Assembly: GCF_000829315.1 (NCBI RefSeq)
Contig: NZ_AP013028.1
Coordinates: 150,001-182,000 of the forward strand
Direction of reading: 5' to 3'
DNA from: Wolbachia endosymbiont of Cimex lectularius
Lineage (GTDB): Bacteria; Pseudomonadota; Alphaproteobacteria; Rickettsiales; Anaplasmataceae
DNA: 32,000 nt
Shown: one piece after another, positions 1 to 8,899 of the stretch
Position numbering within the stretch: position 1 is the first letter of the stretch
Layout of the letters: every line of letters starts with the position of its first letter
Program-made: the position numbers and the translations under genes
The notes under the pieces: model-generated
Database searches by the model: none
What the model was told of the DNA's origin: nothing
Seen by the model: the letters and a program-made list of their open reading frames with translations, nothing else

Positions 1-579
1 AAAAGAATGGAGAAGAGCCAAGCTTGTTGGAATTAGTCTTAAAAAAAATTAGTTGGAGAGGCCCGTATCAGCAATGGTCGGAAAGAGAAAACTAGCTTTT
101 GTATAATTGATTCTCAAAGCGTTAAAAACGCAGATACTGCTGAAAAAAAAGGCTATGATGCAGGTAAAAAGATTTCAGGGATAAAGCGCCATATTGCAGT
201 TGATACACAAGGTTTGCCACATGCAATTTATGTAACAACGGCAGAAGCAACTGACCGTAGCAGTGCTGTGAAAATGGTCGAAAATGCTAAAGCAAACCTC
301 TCTGAAGTTAAAAACATACTGGTTGATGCTGGCTACACAGGAGAAAATTTTGCAACACAAATAAAAGCTATCATTGGTGCGACTGTTGAAGTAATAAAGC
401 GAAGTGAGTTACACACTTTCGTCGTATTGCCAAAAAGATGGGTTGTTGAACGCTCTTTTGCCTGGTTAGAAAAGTGCAGGCGATTGTGGAAAAATTGCGA
501 GCGGAAGCTCAACACTAGCTTACAGATGATAGTCCTCTCCTTCATTTCTCTCCTGTTACGAAGATTTTAAACAGGTTCT
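1..579 (+). mobile_element. IS5-family insertion sequence, right part (left part outside or truncated by window edge)
   Basis: Near-identical to 6513..7373 and the reverse complement of 27820..28682; ends in the same terminal sequence AGATTTTAAACAGGTTCT at 562..579. Confidence 0.9.
214..570 (+). CDS. IS5-family transposase, C-terminal ORF part (DDE, ORFB); the homologous frame extends upstream as ...FCIIDSQSVKNADTAEKKGYDAGKK...
   Basis: ORF track; motifs GYTGENFA and RWVVERSFAWLEKCRRL typical of IS5-family DDE transposases; identical to 7008..7364. Confidence 0.85.
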   Translation: MPHAIYVTTAEATDRSSAVKMVENAKANLSEVKNILVDAGYTGENFATQIKAIIGATVEVIKRSELHTFVVLPKRWVVERSFAWLEKCRRLWKNCERKLNTSLQMIVLSFISLLLRRF

Positions 580-1280
580 AAGCGTATTGCAGATTCTATC
601 CTAGATTTCATAGCAGATTTTATTGCCGGCAGCACAGAAGAATTATCTGCTTTAGCAATCTTGATTGTGTCGTTAACCACCTCTCTTATCCCTTTTTGCT
701 GAAGTAATTCTTGCACAAGTTGAGACTCCATTGGGTGTTCACCACTATGAGCAAATTCTTTTAAGGAACCACCAAGACGATCTGCTGCAGTGCTGGCACC
801 TTCTTTTGCTTTACCTTTAATGTACACAACACCAGCTTTAATTTTCCTGGCAGTATATTCCGCCCCTTCAACTGTTTTTTCTGCAGCATATTTGAAGCCT
901 GCTTTTATTTCTGCCCTATATCTCCATGCTGCGTAAGAAACACCAACCAAAACAGCAGCTCCTATTATTGCTCCAACTACAATTCCAATTACTGGTGATG
1001 CAGCGGCTGTAGCTGTTCCTGCAGTTGCAAAAGCAGAAGCAATTGTTGACCAGTTGGTTGGAATAATATAACCTATCAAGCCAATTACTCCCAGCCTGAT
1101 AATACCACTATTTAACTGGTTCTGCTTTCTTAACGACTTTATTTCTTTCCCTAACGATTCTATTTTTTGCCCTAATGGATCCTTTGAAAAAGAATTTTCA
1201 GTCTGAGTTCCAACAGAACCTGGATTATTGTCATTAGTAACTAATGTTCTTTCTGAATTATTTGACATTTTAAACCTCAC
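567..1280 (-). CDS. Hypothetical membrane protein; 3' end formed by or truncated at the IS terminus (last residues LEPV* come from IS sequence)
   Basis: ORF of 237 aa with a hydrophobic segment (IIRLGVIGLIGYIIP...ASPVIGIVVGAIIGAAVLVGVSYAAW); stop codon lies inside the IS inverted repeat. Confidence 0.7.
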   Translation of the reverse strand: MRFKMSNNSERTLVTNDNNPGSVGTQTENSFSKDPLGQKIESLGKEIKSLRKQNQLNSGIIRLGVIGLIGYIIPTNWSTIASAFATAGTATAAASPVIGIVVGAIIGAAVLVGVSYAAWRYRAEIKAGFKYAAEKTVEGAEYTARKIKAGVVYIKGKAKEGASTAADRLGGSLKEFAHSGEHPMESQLVQELLQQKGIREVVNDTIKIAKADNSSVLPAIKSAMKSRIESAIRLEPV

Positions 1281-1411
1281 TATTAATTAAACATATTAAT
1301 ATTGTACATCCTCAATTCTTAAATTAGTGATAATTTGACTGTCAGTGTGCATTTGCCTGCAAATAATTTTGCTTGACGCTGGTACAACAAGGATGAAGGG
1401 ACTGGGATTGT

Positions 1412-1621
1412 ATGGGGTATAGAAAAAAATTGTTTCTTTTACTGGCTGCTGTAATTTTAGCGATTCTATTATTAAAAGATTATAGTGGTTCTCACAAAGA
1501 TATAGTGCACCTCAAAAACGACAACAAGGAATTTAAAAGAAGACCAGAAAATTCTATAGAGTCAACCATATTACATAGAGAAAAGGAAGTGTATGATCAT
1601 GTTCTCCAATCTGATAATTAA
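1412..1621 (+). CDS. Small hypothetical protein, single N-terminal TM segment
   Basis: 69 aa ORF, KKLFLLLAAVILAILLL hydrophobic segment; no recognised family. Confidence 0.45.
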   Translation: MGYRKKLFLLLAAVILAILLLKDYSGSHKDIVHLKNDNKEFKRRPENSIESTILHREKEVYDHVLQSDN

Positions 1622-1695
1622 TTCGTAAATAAAATAGTCTTGCATTTTCCTACTAAAGAAGTAATATTAGCGTATTAGTTATAGAATTAATCATT

Positions 1696-2730
1696 ATGTT
1701 TGATGAGAACAATCCTTGGAATCTTGGAAAGAAACCGATAAGGAATAAAACTCCTAATAATGAAGATATTTTAAGTAAAATTATATCCGAGATAAGGTAC
1801 TTTTTTAATGTCCTAACAAGAAACAGCGGCAAAAAGCCTTATTTAATTATTTTTGTTATTTTGTTCTTCTATGCTTGCACTGGCTTCTATATTGTCCACC
1901 CAAGTGAGGAAGGCATAGAACTTACTTTTGGCAAATATTCTAATACAGAAACACCTGGTTTGCGCTATCACTTTCCTTACCCTATTGGCAAGGTCTTTAA
2001 AGTGAACGTCAAAGAAGTAAATCGTGAAGAAATTGGGGTCATCAGTTCCTATGGGCGAGACACAGACCGCGGTGAAGGTGTGATGCTCACCGGAGATGAG
2101 AACATAGTCAACGTTAATTTTGAGGTCCAGTGGCGCGTTAGAGATGCTAAGGATTACTTATTCAAAGTGCGGGATTACACACCTGGTTTTAGTGTTAAAA
2201 ATGCTGCAGAGAGTGCTATGAGAGAGATAATAGGTAAAAATACGATCTCTTTTGCACTTGGTCAAGGCAGACAAGAAATTCCTATAGACACTAGAACTTT
2301 ACTGCAACAGATTCTTGATGGATATCAAATGGGCATAGAAATTTTATCTGTCCAAATGAAAAAAATTGACCCACCAGAAAAAGTAATTAGCTCATTTAGA
2401 GATGTGCAAAGTGCTCGTGCGGATAAAGAGCGTACTATAAACGAAGCATATGCTTATAGTAACGATATTATACCTCGAGCAAAAGGTGAAGCAATAAAGA
2501 TAAAACTAGATGCAGAAGCATATGAGAATGAAATAATAAATGAAGCAAAAGGTAATGCAAATCGCTTTTTGTCCCTCTATGAAGAATATAAGCAAAATCC
2601 TTCTCTCGTTAAAAATCGTATTTATCTTGAAACTATGGAAAATATTTTCAGTAAAGTAGATAAATTTGTTGTAACTGATGATCTGAAAGGTATGTTTTCT
2701 TATTTACCTCTTGCAAATTTTGGAAAATAG
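1696..2730 (+). CDS. hflK: FtsH protease activity modulator HflK (SPFH/prohibitin family)
   Basis: ATG start; N-terminal NPWNLGKK, TM segment, SPFH-domain sequence and PRAKGEAIKI; adjacent to hflC. Confidence 0.95.
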   Translation: MFDENNPWNLGKKPIRNKTPNNEDILSKIISEIRYFFNVLTRNSGKKPYLIIFVILFFYACTGFYIVHPSEEGIELTFGKYSNTETPGLRYHFPYPIGKVFKVNVKEVNREEIGVISSYGRDTDRGEGVMLTGDENIVNVNFEVQWRVRDAKDYLFKVRDYTPGFSVKNAAESAMREIIGKNTISFALGQGRQEIPIDTRTLLQQILDGYQMGIEILSVQMKKIDPPEKVISSFRDVQSARADKERTINEAYAYSNDIIPRAKGEAIKIKLDAEAYENEIINEAKGNANRFLSLYEEYKQNPSLVKNRIYLETMENIFSKVDKFVVTDDLKGMFSYLPLANFGK

Positions 2731-2732
2731 TC

Positions 2733-3605
2733 ATGCGCAGTAATATTAAAATTGCTTTTATTTCTGTATTCGTTGTCGTGTTAATCGCCTTGTTTAATTC
2801 AATGTTTGTGGTACAGGAAACGAAGCAAGCAATAGTTATACAATTGGGTAAAGTGGTAAGAGATATTAAGGAAAGCGGTTTATATTTTAAGCTGCCATTT
2901 ATAAACAACGTAGAATTTCTCGATAAGAGAGTTTTAGATTTAAGCCCTGATAAAACTCCAAGAGAAGTAATAACTGCAGACCAAAAACGCATCATAGTAG
3001 ACGCCTATGCAAAATATAAAATAGTAGAGCCTATCACTTTTTACCAAGCTGTGAGAAGCGAATCAGGATTAGTCAGAAGACTATATCCAATCATAGAAGC
3101 TCACATAAGGGAAAACATAGTAAAATTTTCATTAATTAGTTTGTTAAATGAAAAGAGATCAGAAGTTATGCAATTAATCCAGCGCGGAGTTTATTCTGAA
3201 GCTAGAAAATTTGGTATAGAAATAATAGATGTAAGAATTAAGAGAGCAGATTTACCAGAAGAAAATAGTTCTGCAATATTCCTTCGTATGCAAACTGAAA
3301 GAGCAAAAGAAGCAAAAGAAATCAGAGCAGAAGGTGAGCAAGCTGGGCAGGAAGTTAAATCAAAAGCTGATAAACGAAAAAGGGAAATTATTGCTAGTGC
3401 AATAAAAGAAGCCCACGAAATAAAAGGGCGTGGTTATGCTGAAGCAACCAGAATTTATAATGAGGCATTTAAGGTTGATGAAGAGTTTTTTAATTTTTAC
3501 CGCTCTATGAGCGCTTACAGCAAATCATTCGCTGGAAATAACACTAAATTTATACTTTCACCAAATAATAATTTCTTAGATATTTTGAACAAGGGATGGA
3601 AATAG
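2733..3605 (+). CDS. hflC: Protease modulator HflC (SPFH family)
   Basis: N-terminal TM, FYLKLPFINNVEFLDKRVLDL, GQEVKSKADKRKREIIASA; directly downstream of hflK. Confidence 0.95.
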   Translation: MRSNIKIAFISVFVVVLIALFNSMFVVQETKQAIVIQLGKVVRDIKESGLYFKLPFINNVEFLDKRVLDLSPDKTPREVITADQKRIIVDAYAKYKIVEPITFYQAVRSESGLVRRLYPIIEAHIRENIVKFSLISLLNEKRSEVMQLIQRGVYSEARKFGIEIIDVRIKRADLPEENSSAIFLRMQTERAKEAKEIRAEGEQAGQEVKSKADKRKREIIASAIKEAHEIKGRGYAEATRIYNEAFKVDEEFFNFYRSMSAYSKSFAGNNTKFILSPNNNFLDILNKGWK

Positions 3606-3608
3606 TTT

Positions 3609-5096
3609 ATGAAAAGTAAGGTTTTATCTATATTTACATGTTTTTTGATTTCGTTCTCCTCGTATGCTAACATGTTTGACTGGGGTGCAAAAAAGACTTC
3701 AGATACTAACACTTCTGTATGCAACTGTAATCAAGGACTTGCTGACCTGGTAGAAGAACTTATTCCTGCAGTTGTAAATATCTCGAGCGAACAAATCATC
3801 AAACAAGAAAGTAACAATAGAACTAGAATCCCTTTTACACCAAGAAATAATTTTTTTGATGGTTTCAGAGAGTTTTTTGAGCATTTTGATCAATTTTTTA
3901 TGGACAGGGGTCCAAGCATCAATAGAGAAGTAGTGCTGCTTGGGTCTGGATTTATTATAGACAAAAGTGGAACTATCGTAACTAATTATCATGTTATTAA
4001 AAACGCCCAAGATATCACAGTTACTATGAACGATAATACTTATTTCAAAGCAGAAGTTTTAGGTTATGACGCAAAAACTGATCTTGCTGTGCTTCAGATC
4101 AAAGCTGACAAAGACCTTTCCTTTGTAGCATTTGGTGACTCTGATAAAGCAAGGGTTGGTGATACGGTCATGGCAATAGGCAATCCATTTGGGTTAGGTG
4201 GCTCTGTAAGTACAGGAATTATATCTGCAAGGTCCAGAGACATCAGTATTGGCACCATGAATGAATTTATTCAAACTGACGCTGCAATCAATAGAGGTAA
4301 CTCTGGAGGACCATTATTTGATTTAAATGGAAAAGTCATAGGTATTAATACCGCCATCTATTCCCCATCTGAGTCTGGCGGTAATGTGGGTATAGGCTTT
4401 GCTATACCGTCTAATCTAGCTGTGTCAATCATTGACACACTAAAAAGTGGCAAGAAGATAAAACACGGTTGGCTTGGTGTGCAAGTTCAGCCTATAACAA
4501 GGGAATTTGCAGAGTCTTTGGGTTTAAAAGATACAAAAGGTGCATTAGTTGCAGACATAGTAAAGGACAGTCCAGCAGAGAAAGGTGGTATCAAAGTAGG
4601 TGATATATTACTAGAATTTGATGGCAAAAAAGTTGAGAGAATGACACAGCTACCTCAAATGGTTTCAAGAACTGAACCTGAGAAAAAAGTGCAAGTTAAG
4701 TTACTGAGAAGTGGTAGAGAAGTTAATATCAAAGTCATAATTGGAGAATCTACAAGTGACAGCCAAGGTAACAACCAAGAAGAAAATGAATCAACATCTG
4801 ATTATATAACTGGTTTAACTGTCTCAAATCTACCACAAGAGTCAAAAGAGAGCAAAAATGACGTGCCTACAAAGGGTGTAATAGTTACCAATGTAGATGT
4901 TAACAAGAACGTTACGTTGCGTGGTATCAAAAAAGGAGACATTATTATGCAAATAAATGGAACTTATATAGAAAACGTTGAAAGCTTCCAAAATCAAATA
5001 AATTTAGCAAAAGAGAAGGATAAAGAAAAAGCAATAATGTTGCTTATTTACCGCAACGGAAATCAGTTTTTTACTTCAATAAAGCTAAAAAAGTAA
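3609..5096 (+). CDS. htrA: Do/DegP-family periplasmic serine protease with two PDZ-like regions
   Basis: Signal peptide; catalytic motifs NYHVIKNA, KTDLAVLQI, RGNSGGPLF; PDZ segment GWLGVQVQPITREFAESLGL...GGIKVGDILLEFDG. Confidence 0.96.
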   Translation: MKSKVLSIFTCFLISFSSYANMFDWGAKKTSDTNTSVCNCNQGLADLVEELIPAVVNISSEQIIKQESNNRTRIPFTPRNNFFDGFREFFEHFDQFFMDRGPSINREVVLLGSGFIIDKSGTIVTNYHVIKNAQDITVTMNDNTYFKAEVLGYDAKTDLAVLQIKADKDLSFVAFGDSDKARVGDTVMAIGNPFGLGGSVSTGIISARSRDISIGTMNEFIQTDAAINRGNSGGPLFDLNGKVIGINTAIYSPSESGGNVGIGFAIPSNLAVSIIDTLKSGKKIKHGWLGVQVQPITREFAESLGLKDTKGALVADIVKDSPAEKGGIKVGDILLEFDGKKVERMTQLPQMVSRTEPEKKVQVKLLRSGREVNIKVIIGESTSDSQGNNQEENESTSDYITGLTVSNLPQESKESKNDVPTKGVIVTNVDVNKNVTLRGIKKGDIIMQINGTYIENVESFQNQINLAKEKDKEKAIMLLIYRNGNQFFTSIKLKK

Positions 5097-5374
5097 TTTC
5101 GTAAATCATTTACCAAATTCACAAAATAGCAACGTTGTAAGTTTGCTGCTGTAACACTTTAGCCTAAGTTAAAACCGACCTATTACATGAAAAACTAGCC
5201 TACCGTTATTCCAGCTACACAGCTAGAATCTCATTTCACTTTATAGCAATGTCATCCAAGTAGCCCATTCTCCCGTCATTCCAGCGCTCTCTTCTTGTCA
5301 TCTAATACCAATTCCCACTACACAAGGAACAAGCAGACAACAGTGGAAAAAAATTATAACGTCATTCGATAGAG

Positions 5375-5815
5375 ACGAAAAAAACTACTTGACAAATTCT
5401 TTCAATCCTTTTATCATAGTATTGAAGCTATTTGTTTAACTTCCCATCTGTACAGGTAAAATGACAAGAAAACTTGTATTTGGCGTACTATTGTTTAATT
5501 TTTCGCACTATGTGCACTGCATGTCTTTTTAAAACTTCGGGTTTTTGCCCATACAAGCTGAAACGCGCTTATAAGTCGTTTAAGACATCACCCAACGCCG
5601 GATTTTAAAATAGAGAGTGGAATAACTAGCTACCTCGGGTTTTTATTGTCTTTTTCTCCTGCCTGGTAAATTTCTTAAATATTATAGCTTGGACTAGTTG
5701 CGTTTAAAAGCAGCTAAATTGCAGCGTTTAAGACATAAAAACGCCAATACTAAAAATAAATACCGACTAGGGTTTCTTTTGCTTTTTTTTCTCTATTTGG
5801 TAAATTTCTTAAATA
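5375..5815 (+). repeat. Dispersed intergenic element, copy C (promoter unit plus a second 3' unit)
   Basis: Shares CATACAAGCTGAAACGCGCTTATAAGTCGTTTAAGACA, CGCC..., AATAACTAGCTAC.TCGGGTTTTT and GGTAAATTTCTTAAAT (twice) with copies at 8395..8790 (-) and 22130..22530 (-). Confidence 0.8.
5389..5417 (+). promoter_or_regulatory. Strong sigma70-like promoter of repeat element C: TTGACA-N17-TATCAT
   Basis: TTGACA at 5389..5394, TATCAT at 5412..5417, 17-nt spacer; same AAAAAACTACTTGACA context as other copies. Confidence 0.65.
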
Positions 5816-6083
5816 TTTTATCTGAGGCAATTTGAGAGCACACAAAAAACACCAATGTTAAAATAACTGCTTTTTAGTATGCAAGAAGTCTGCTCGTATC
5901 TGTTCAAAGGTATGGTTAAGATACAAGTGAAAAGACTTTAAATTTTTGCTTCAAACCACATTACACCGTATTTAGCCCATTTTTTCTAGCTCGTTCAACC
6001 ATTTTCTGCCGCTTCGCTGCGTTTCATAAGGTAGTGAGTGGATGTTTTTTCGGTATGCTAAAATCCAAGAAAGTTAGTTTTTG

Positions 6084-6092
6084 TGCTATAAT
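6084..6092 (+). promoter_or_regulatory. Extended -10 element TGCTATAAT-type upstream of the DUF1016-like ORF
   Basis: TGCTATAAT immediately upstream of ATG at 6117. Confidence 0.35.
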
Positions 6093-6116
6093 GGTCCTTT
6101 ATTGAAAATAGCGTTG

Positions 6117-6551
6117 ATGGATATCACTACTGGTTTATTAGAGGATATTAGTAATTTAATAGATAGAGCAAAGAATCATCTCTCCACGCAGTTCAATTCT
6201 ACTTTAGTGTTATTAAATTGGGAAATTGGCTTTAGAATAGACCAAGAAATCTTAAAGCACAAACGTGCAGGCTATGGCAGACAAATCGTTTCTCGGCTTG
6301 CGAAAGAACTTCAGATTAAATATGGACGCGGATTTGATCAAACCTCATTGTCTCGAATGGTCAAATTTTCCAAACTATTTTCCAATCAAGAGATTCTTGC
6401 GACAGTGTCGCAAGAATTAAGTTGGTCACACTTTGTAGAAATTATTGCAATTTCTGATAATCTGAAGCGCGACTACTATTTAGAGATGTGTCGTGTTGAA
6501 GGATGGAGTGTTAGAACCTGTTTAAAATCTTGGAAATGTGAGGTAAAGTAA
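6117..6551 (+). pseudogene. DUF1016/YhcG-type N-terminal domain protein, truncated by IS insertion after ...RVEGWSVRT
   Basis: LNWEIGFRIDQEI...AGYGRQIVSRLAKELQIKYGRGFDQTSLSRMVKFSKLF...LSWSHFVEIIAI...YYLEMCRVEGWSVRT matches DUF1016 N-terminal architecture; the frame enters the IS at 6513 and the C-terminal nuclease-like domain is absent. Confidence 0.8.
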
Positions 6552-6569
6552 GCATAGATTAATAATGAG

Positions 6570-6889
6570 GTGTCTATGCAGAAAAGTTATCCAAGTAATA
6601 TAAGTCAAGAGCAGTTTGAAAAAATCAGGCCAATTTTGGAGAGTGCAAGCAGAAAACAAAACCAAGAAAACTTGATTTGTATGACGTATTTTGTGGGGTG
6701 TTGTACGTCTTAAAAAGTGGTTGTCAGTGGAGGATGTTACCAAAGGGTTTTCCAAGATGGAAAAGCGTATATTACTATTTTCGAGTGTGGAGTAAAAAGA
6801 ATGGAGAAGAGCCAAGCTTGTTGGAATTAGTCTTAAAAAAAATTAGTTGGAGAGGTCCGTATCAGCAATGGTCGGAAAGAGAAAACTAG
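6570..6889 (+). pseudogene. IS5-family transposase ORFA, disrupted by a 1-nt deletion
   Basis: Copy 3 has GAGAGTAGCAAGCAG where this copy has GAGAGTGCAAGCAG; ORF is open only from 6677 (MYDVFCGVLYVLKSGCQWRMLPKGFPRWKSVYYYF). Confidence 0.75.
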
Positions 6890-7007
6890 CTTTTGTATAA
6901 TTGATTCTCAAAGCGTTAAAAACGCAGATACTGCTGAAAAAAAAGGCTATGATGCAGGTAAAAAGATTTCAGGGATAAAGCGCCATATTGCAGTTGATAC
7001 ACAAGGT

Positions 7008-7364
7008 TTGCCACATGCAATTTATGTAACAACGGCAGAAGCAACTGACCGTAGCAGTGCTGTGAAAATGGTCGAAAATGCTAAAGCAAACCTCTCTGAA
7101 GTTAAAAACATACTGGTTGATGCTGGCTACACAGGAGAAAATTTTGCAACACAAATAAAAGCTATCATTGGTGCGACTGTTGAAGTAATAAAGCGAAGTG
7201 AGTTACACACTTTCGTCGTATTGCCAAAAAGATGGGTTGTTGAACGCTCTTTTGCCTGGTTAGAAAAGTGCAGGCGATTGTGGAAAAATTGCGAGCGGAA
7301 GCTCAACACTAGCTTACAGATGATAGTCCTCTCCTTCATTTCTCTCCTGTTACGAAGATTTTAA
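7008..7364 (+). CDS. IS5-family transposase ORFB (C-terminal part; coding frame likely extends upstream to IIDSQSVKN near 6898)
   Basis: Identical protein to 214..570; DDE family motifs. Confidence 0.8.
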   Translation: MPHAIYVTTAEATDRSSAVKMVENAKANLSEVKNILVDAGYTGENFATQIKAIIGATVEVIKRSELHTFVVLPKRWVVERSFAWLEKCRRLWKNCERKLNTSLQMIVLSFISLLLRRF

Positions 7365-7373
7365 ACAGGTTCT

Positions 7374-8182
7374 AATAGCTAGAATTAAAGGAGTATCTCC
7401 TTCCTTATTTGCTGCATTAACATCCGCTCCTTCATTTATGAGATGTTCTACGTCCTCAATATTACCATCCTTGGCAGCGCTAAGTAACTTGTCATTATTG
7501 GATTTTTGTGCACTCTGCAATAGATCTTTTATTTCTTGGTTAGTAGTTAAGTCTACAGGAATCTTTCCATCGTTGTTTTTCACATTAATACTCGCTTTTT
7601 TATCCAATAAAGCTTTTACTATATCGACATAACCAAATTTAGCAGCCCAATGTAAAGCAGTATACTTATCTTTATCCACTGCATTAATACTTGCTCCTTT
7701 ATCTAATAGAAGTTTTACTACATCTGTCTTGTGCCATACTCAGCAGCCACCTGTAAAGGAGTTCTTTCGTCTTTACCTGTTACTGCATCGACGCTTATTC
7801 CTTTATCTAATAAAGCGTTTATTATTTTTATATAGCCATGTTTGGCAGCAACATGTAAAGGAGTATATCCCCAATTGTCTTCCACATTAATATTTATTCC
7901 TTTAGCGGTTAATAGGGTGTCTAATACATCTTCCTTGCCATATTAAGCAGCAGAATGCAAAGGAGTATATCCATATTGACCTTTCACATTAACATCGATC
8001 CCTTTTACTTTCAATAGAGTTTCTACTGTCTCTTTATGGCCATTTGTAGCAGCCCAAATTAAAGGAGTATCTCCATTTTTATCCACTACATTAACATCAG
8101 CTCCTTCACTTATCAGGCTTTTTACTTTCTCAATATCACCATTCTTAGCAGCATTAAGTAACTCAGTATTTAGATTGCTCAT
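7374..8182 (-). pseudogene. Ankyrin-repeat protein gene, decayed (in-frame stop, frameshift, 3' truncation by IS)
   Basis: Translated fragments 7943..8182 and 7350..7679 are canonical ANK repeats (GDTPLIWAATNGHKETVETLL, KYTALHWAAKFGYVDIVKALL). The intervening 7680..7942 translates as ANK repeats in frame after TAA (GYTPLHSAA*YGKEDVLDTLL...GYTPLHVAAKHGYIKIINALLDKG...) followed by a 1-nt frameshift. Confidence 0.85.
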
Positions 8183-8273
8183 CCCGTCTCCATCGTAAAA
8201 TTGTATTATTGTGGCAAAGTTATTAACAATCTATGATCTCTGATGTACAGCCACAAAAATACGAGAAGTTCTC

Positions 8274-8380
8274 ATACCAATTCCCATTACATGGAACAAT
8301 AACGAGGAAAAGGTCCATACTTAAGCAAGAATAGCGTGGTAAAGTGGTATATCTGCTCCCTGTGTAATGGGAATTGGTAT
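8274..8380. repeat. MITE-like element with perfect 18-bp terminal inverted repeats
   Basis: ATACCAATTCCCATTACA (8274..8291) and TGTAATGGGAATTGGTAT (8363..8380) are exact reverse complements; a solo related end ATACCAATTCCCACTACA is at 5305..5322. Confidence 0.7.
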
Positions 8381-8394
8381 TAGCTATAAAGTCC

Positions 8395-8790
8395 AAGAAA
8401 ATATTTAAGAAATTTACCAAGTAGAGAAAAAAAAGCAAAAGAAGCTCTGGTCAATATCTGTTCAAAAACATTGGCATCTTTTTAGCCTTAAACGCTGCAA
8501 TTTAGCTGCTTTTAAACCGCAACTAACCTTAGCTTAATGTTTAAGAAATTTACTAAGCAGAAAAAAAGACAAAAGAAATCCCGTGGTAGAAGTTGCTCAC
8601 TCTCTAATCCTGCAAATTGGCGTACTATACTGTCTTGAACGACTTATAAGCGCGTTTCAGCTTGTATAGGGAAAAACCTAGAAGTCTTAGGTGAAATTAA
8701 TAAAAACATGAGGTGCACAGATTGAAGCTAAATAAATAGCTCCAATATCATAATAAGGGAACTGAAGGAATTTGTCAAGTAGTTTTTTGG
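8395..8790 (-). repeat. Dispersed intergenic element, copy E
   Basis: Minus-strand homologue of copies C and D: promoter, CCTATACAAGCTGAAACGCGCTTATAAGTCGTT, two 3' modules ending GGTAAATTTCTTAAAT / AGTAAATTTCTTAAAC. Confidence 0.8.
8750..8778 (-). promoter_or_regulatory. Sigma70-like promoter of element E: TTGACA-N17-TATTAT (minus strand)
   Basis: TGTCAA at 8773..8778 and ATAATA at 8750..8755 on the plus strand, spacer 17. Confidence 0.6.
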
Positions 8791-8899
8791 TTCTGTTGAG
8801 TAGCTTTTTTCCACTGTTGTCTACTATTATGTAATAAAGCCCGGTAGCTATTGATTTTTACAACTAGTGCAGATACGATAAAACTTTAAGCACTGAATA

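Larger units (their letters stand above)
6513..7373 (+). mobile_element. IS5-family insertion sequence, 861 bp, two-ORF type, with a frameshifted ORFA
   Basis: Terminal inverted repeats AGAACCTGTTTAAAATCTT / AAGATTTTAAACAGGTTCT region (18 bp perfect); internal transposase ORFs; 2 bp shorter than copy 27820..28682 (1 nt missing in ORFA at GGAGAGTGCAAGCAG, and A8 instead of A9). Confidence 0.92.

Noticed and set aside
175-545. Reverse-strand ORFs inside the IS (175..360, 333..545 and their counterparts at 6969, 7127, 27854, 28039)
   Set aside because: Antisense shadow ORFs of the transposase; repeated only because the IS is repeated.
2648-2995. Minus-strand ORFs over hflK/hflC/htrA/ispE/AsmA-like genes
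   Set aside because: Antisense to conserved coding regions and without credible domains.
1696-5096. hflK-hflC-htrA cluster as an unusual membrane proteolysis system
   Set aside because: Standard housekeeping arrangement; all three proteins look canonical.
5150-5340. Possible CRISPR array from repeated GTCATTCCAGC / GTCATCC motifs
   Set aside because: Units are palindromic, irregularly spaced and lack uniform spacers; no cas genes. They belong to the dispersed palindromic repeat family.
6570-7364. Overlapping transposase ORFs read as a possible host gene cluster
   Set aside because: The same sequence occurs three times with terminal inverted repeats and IS5-family motifs; it is an insertion sequence, not a novel system.
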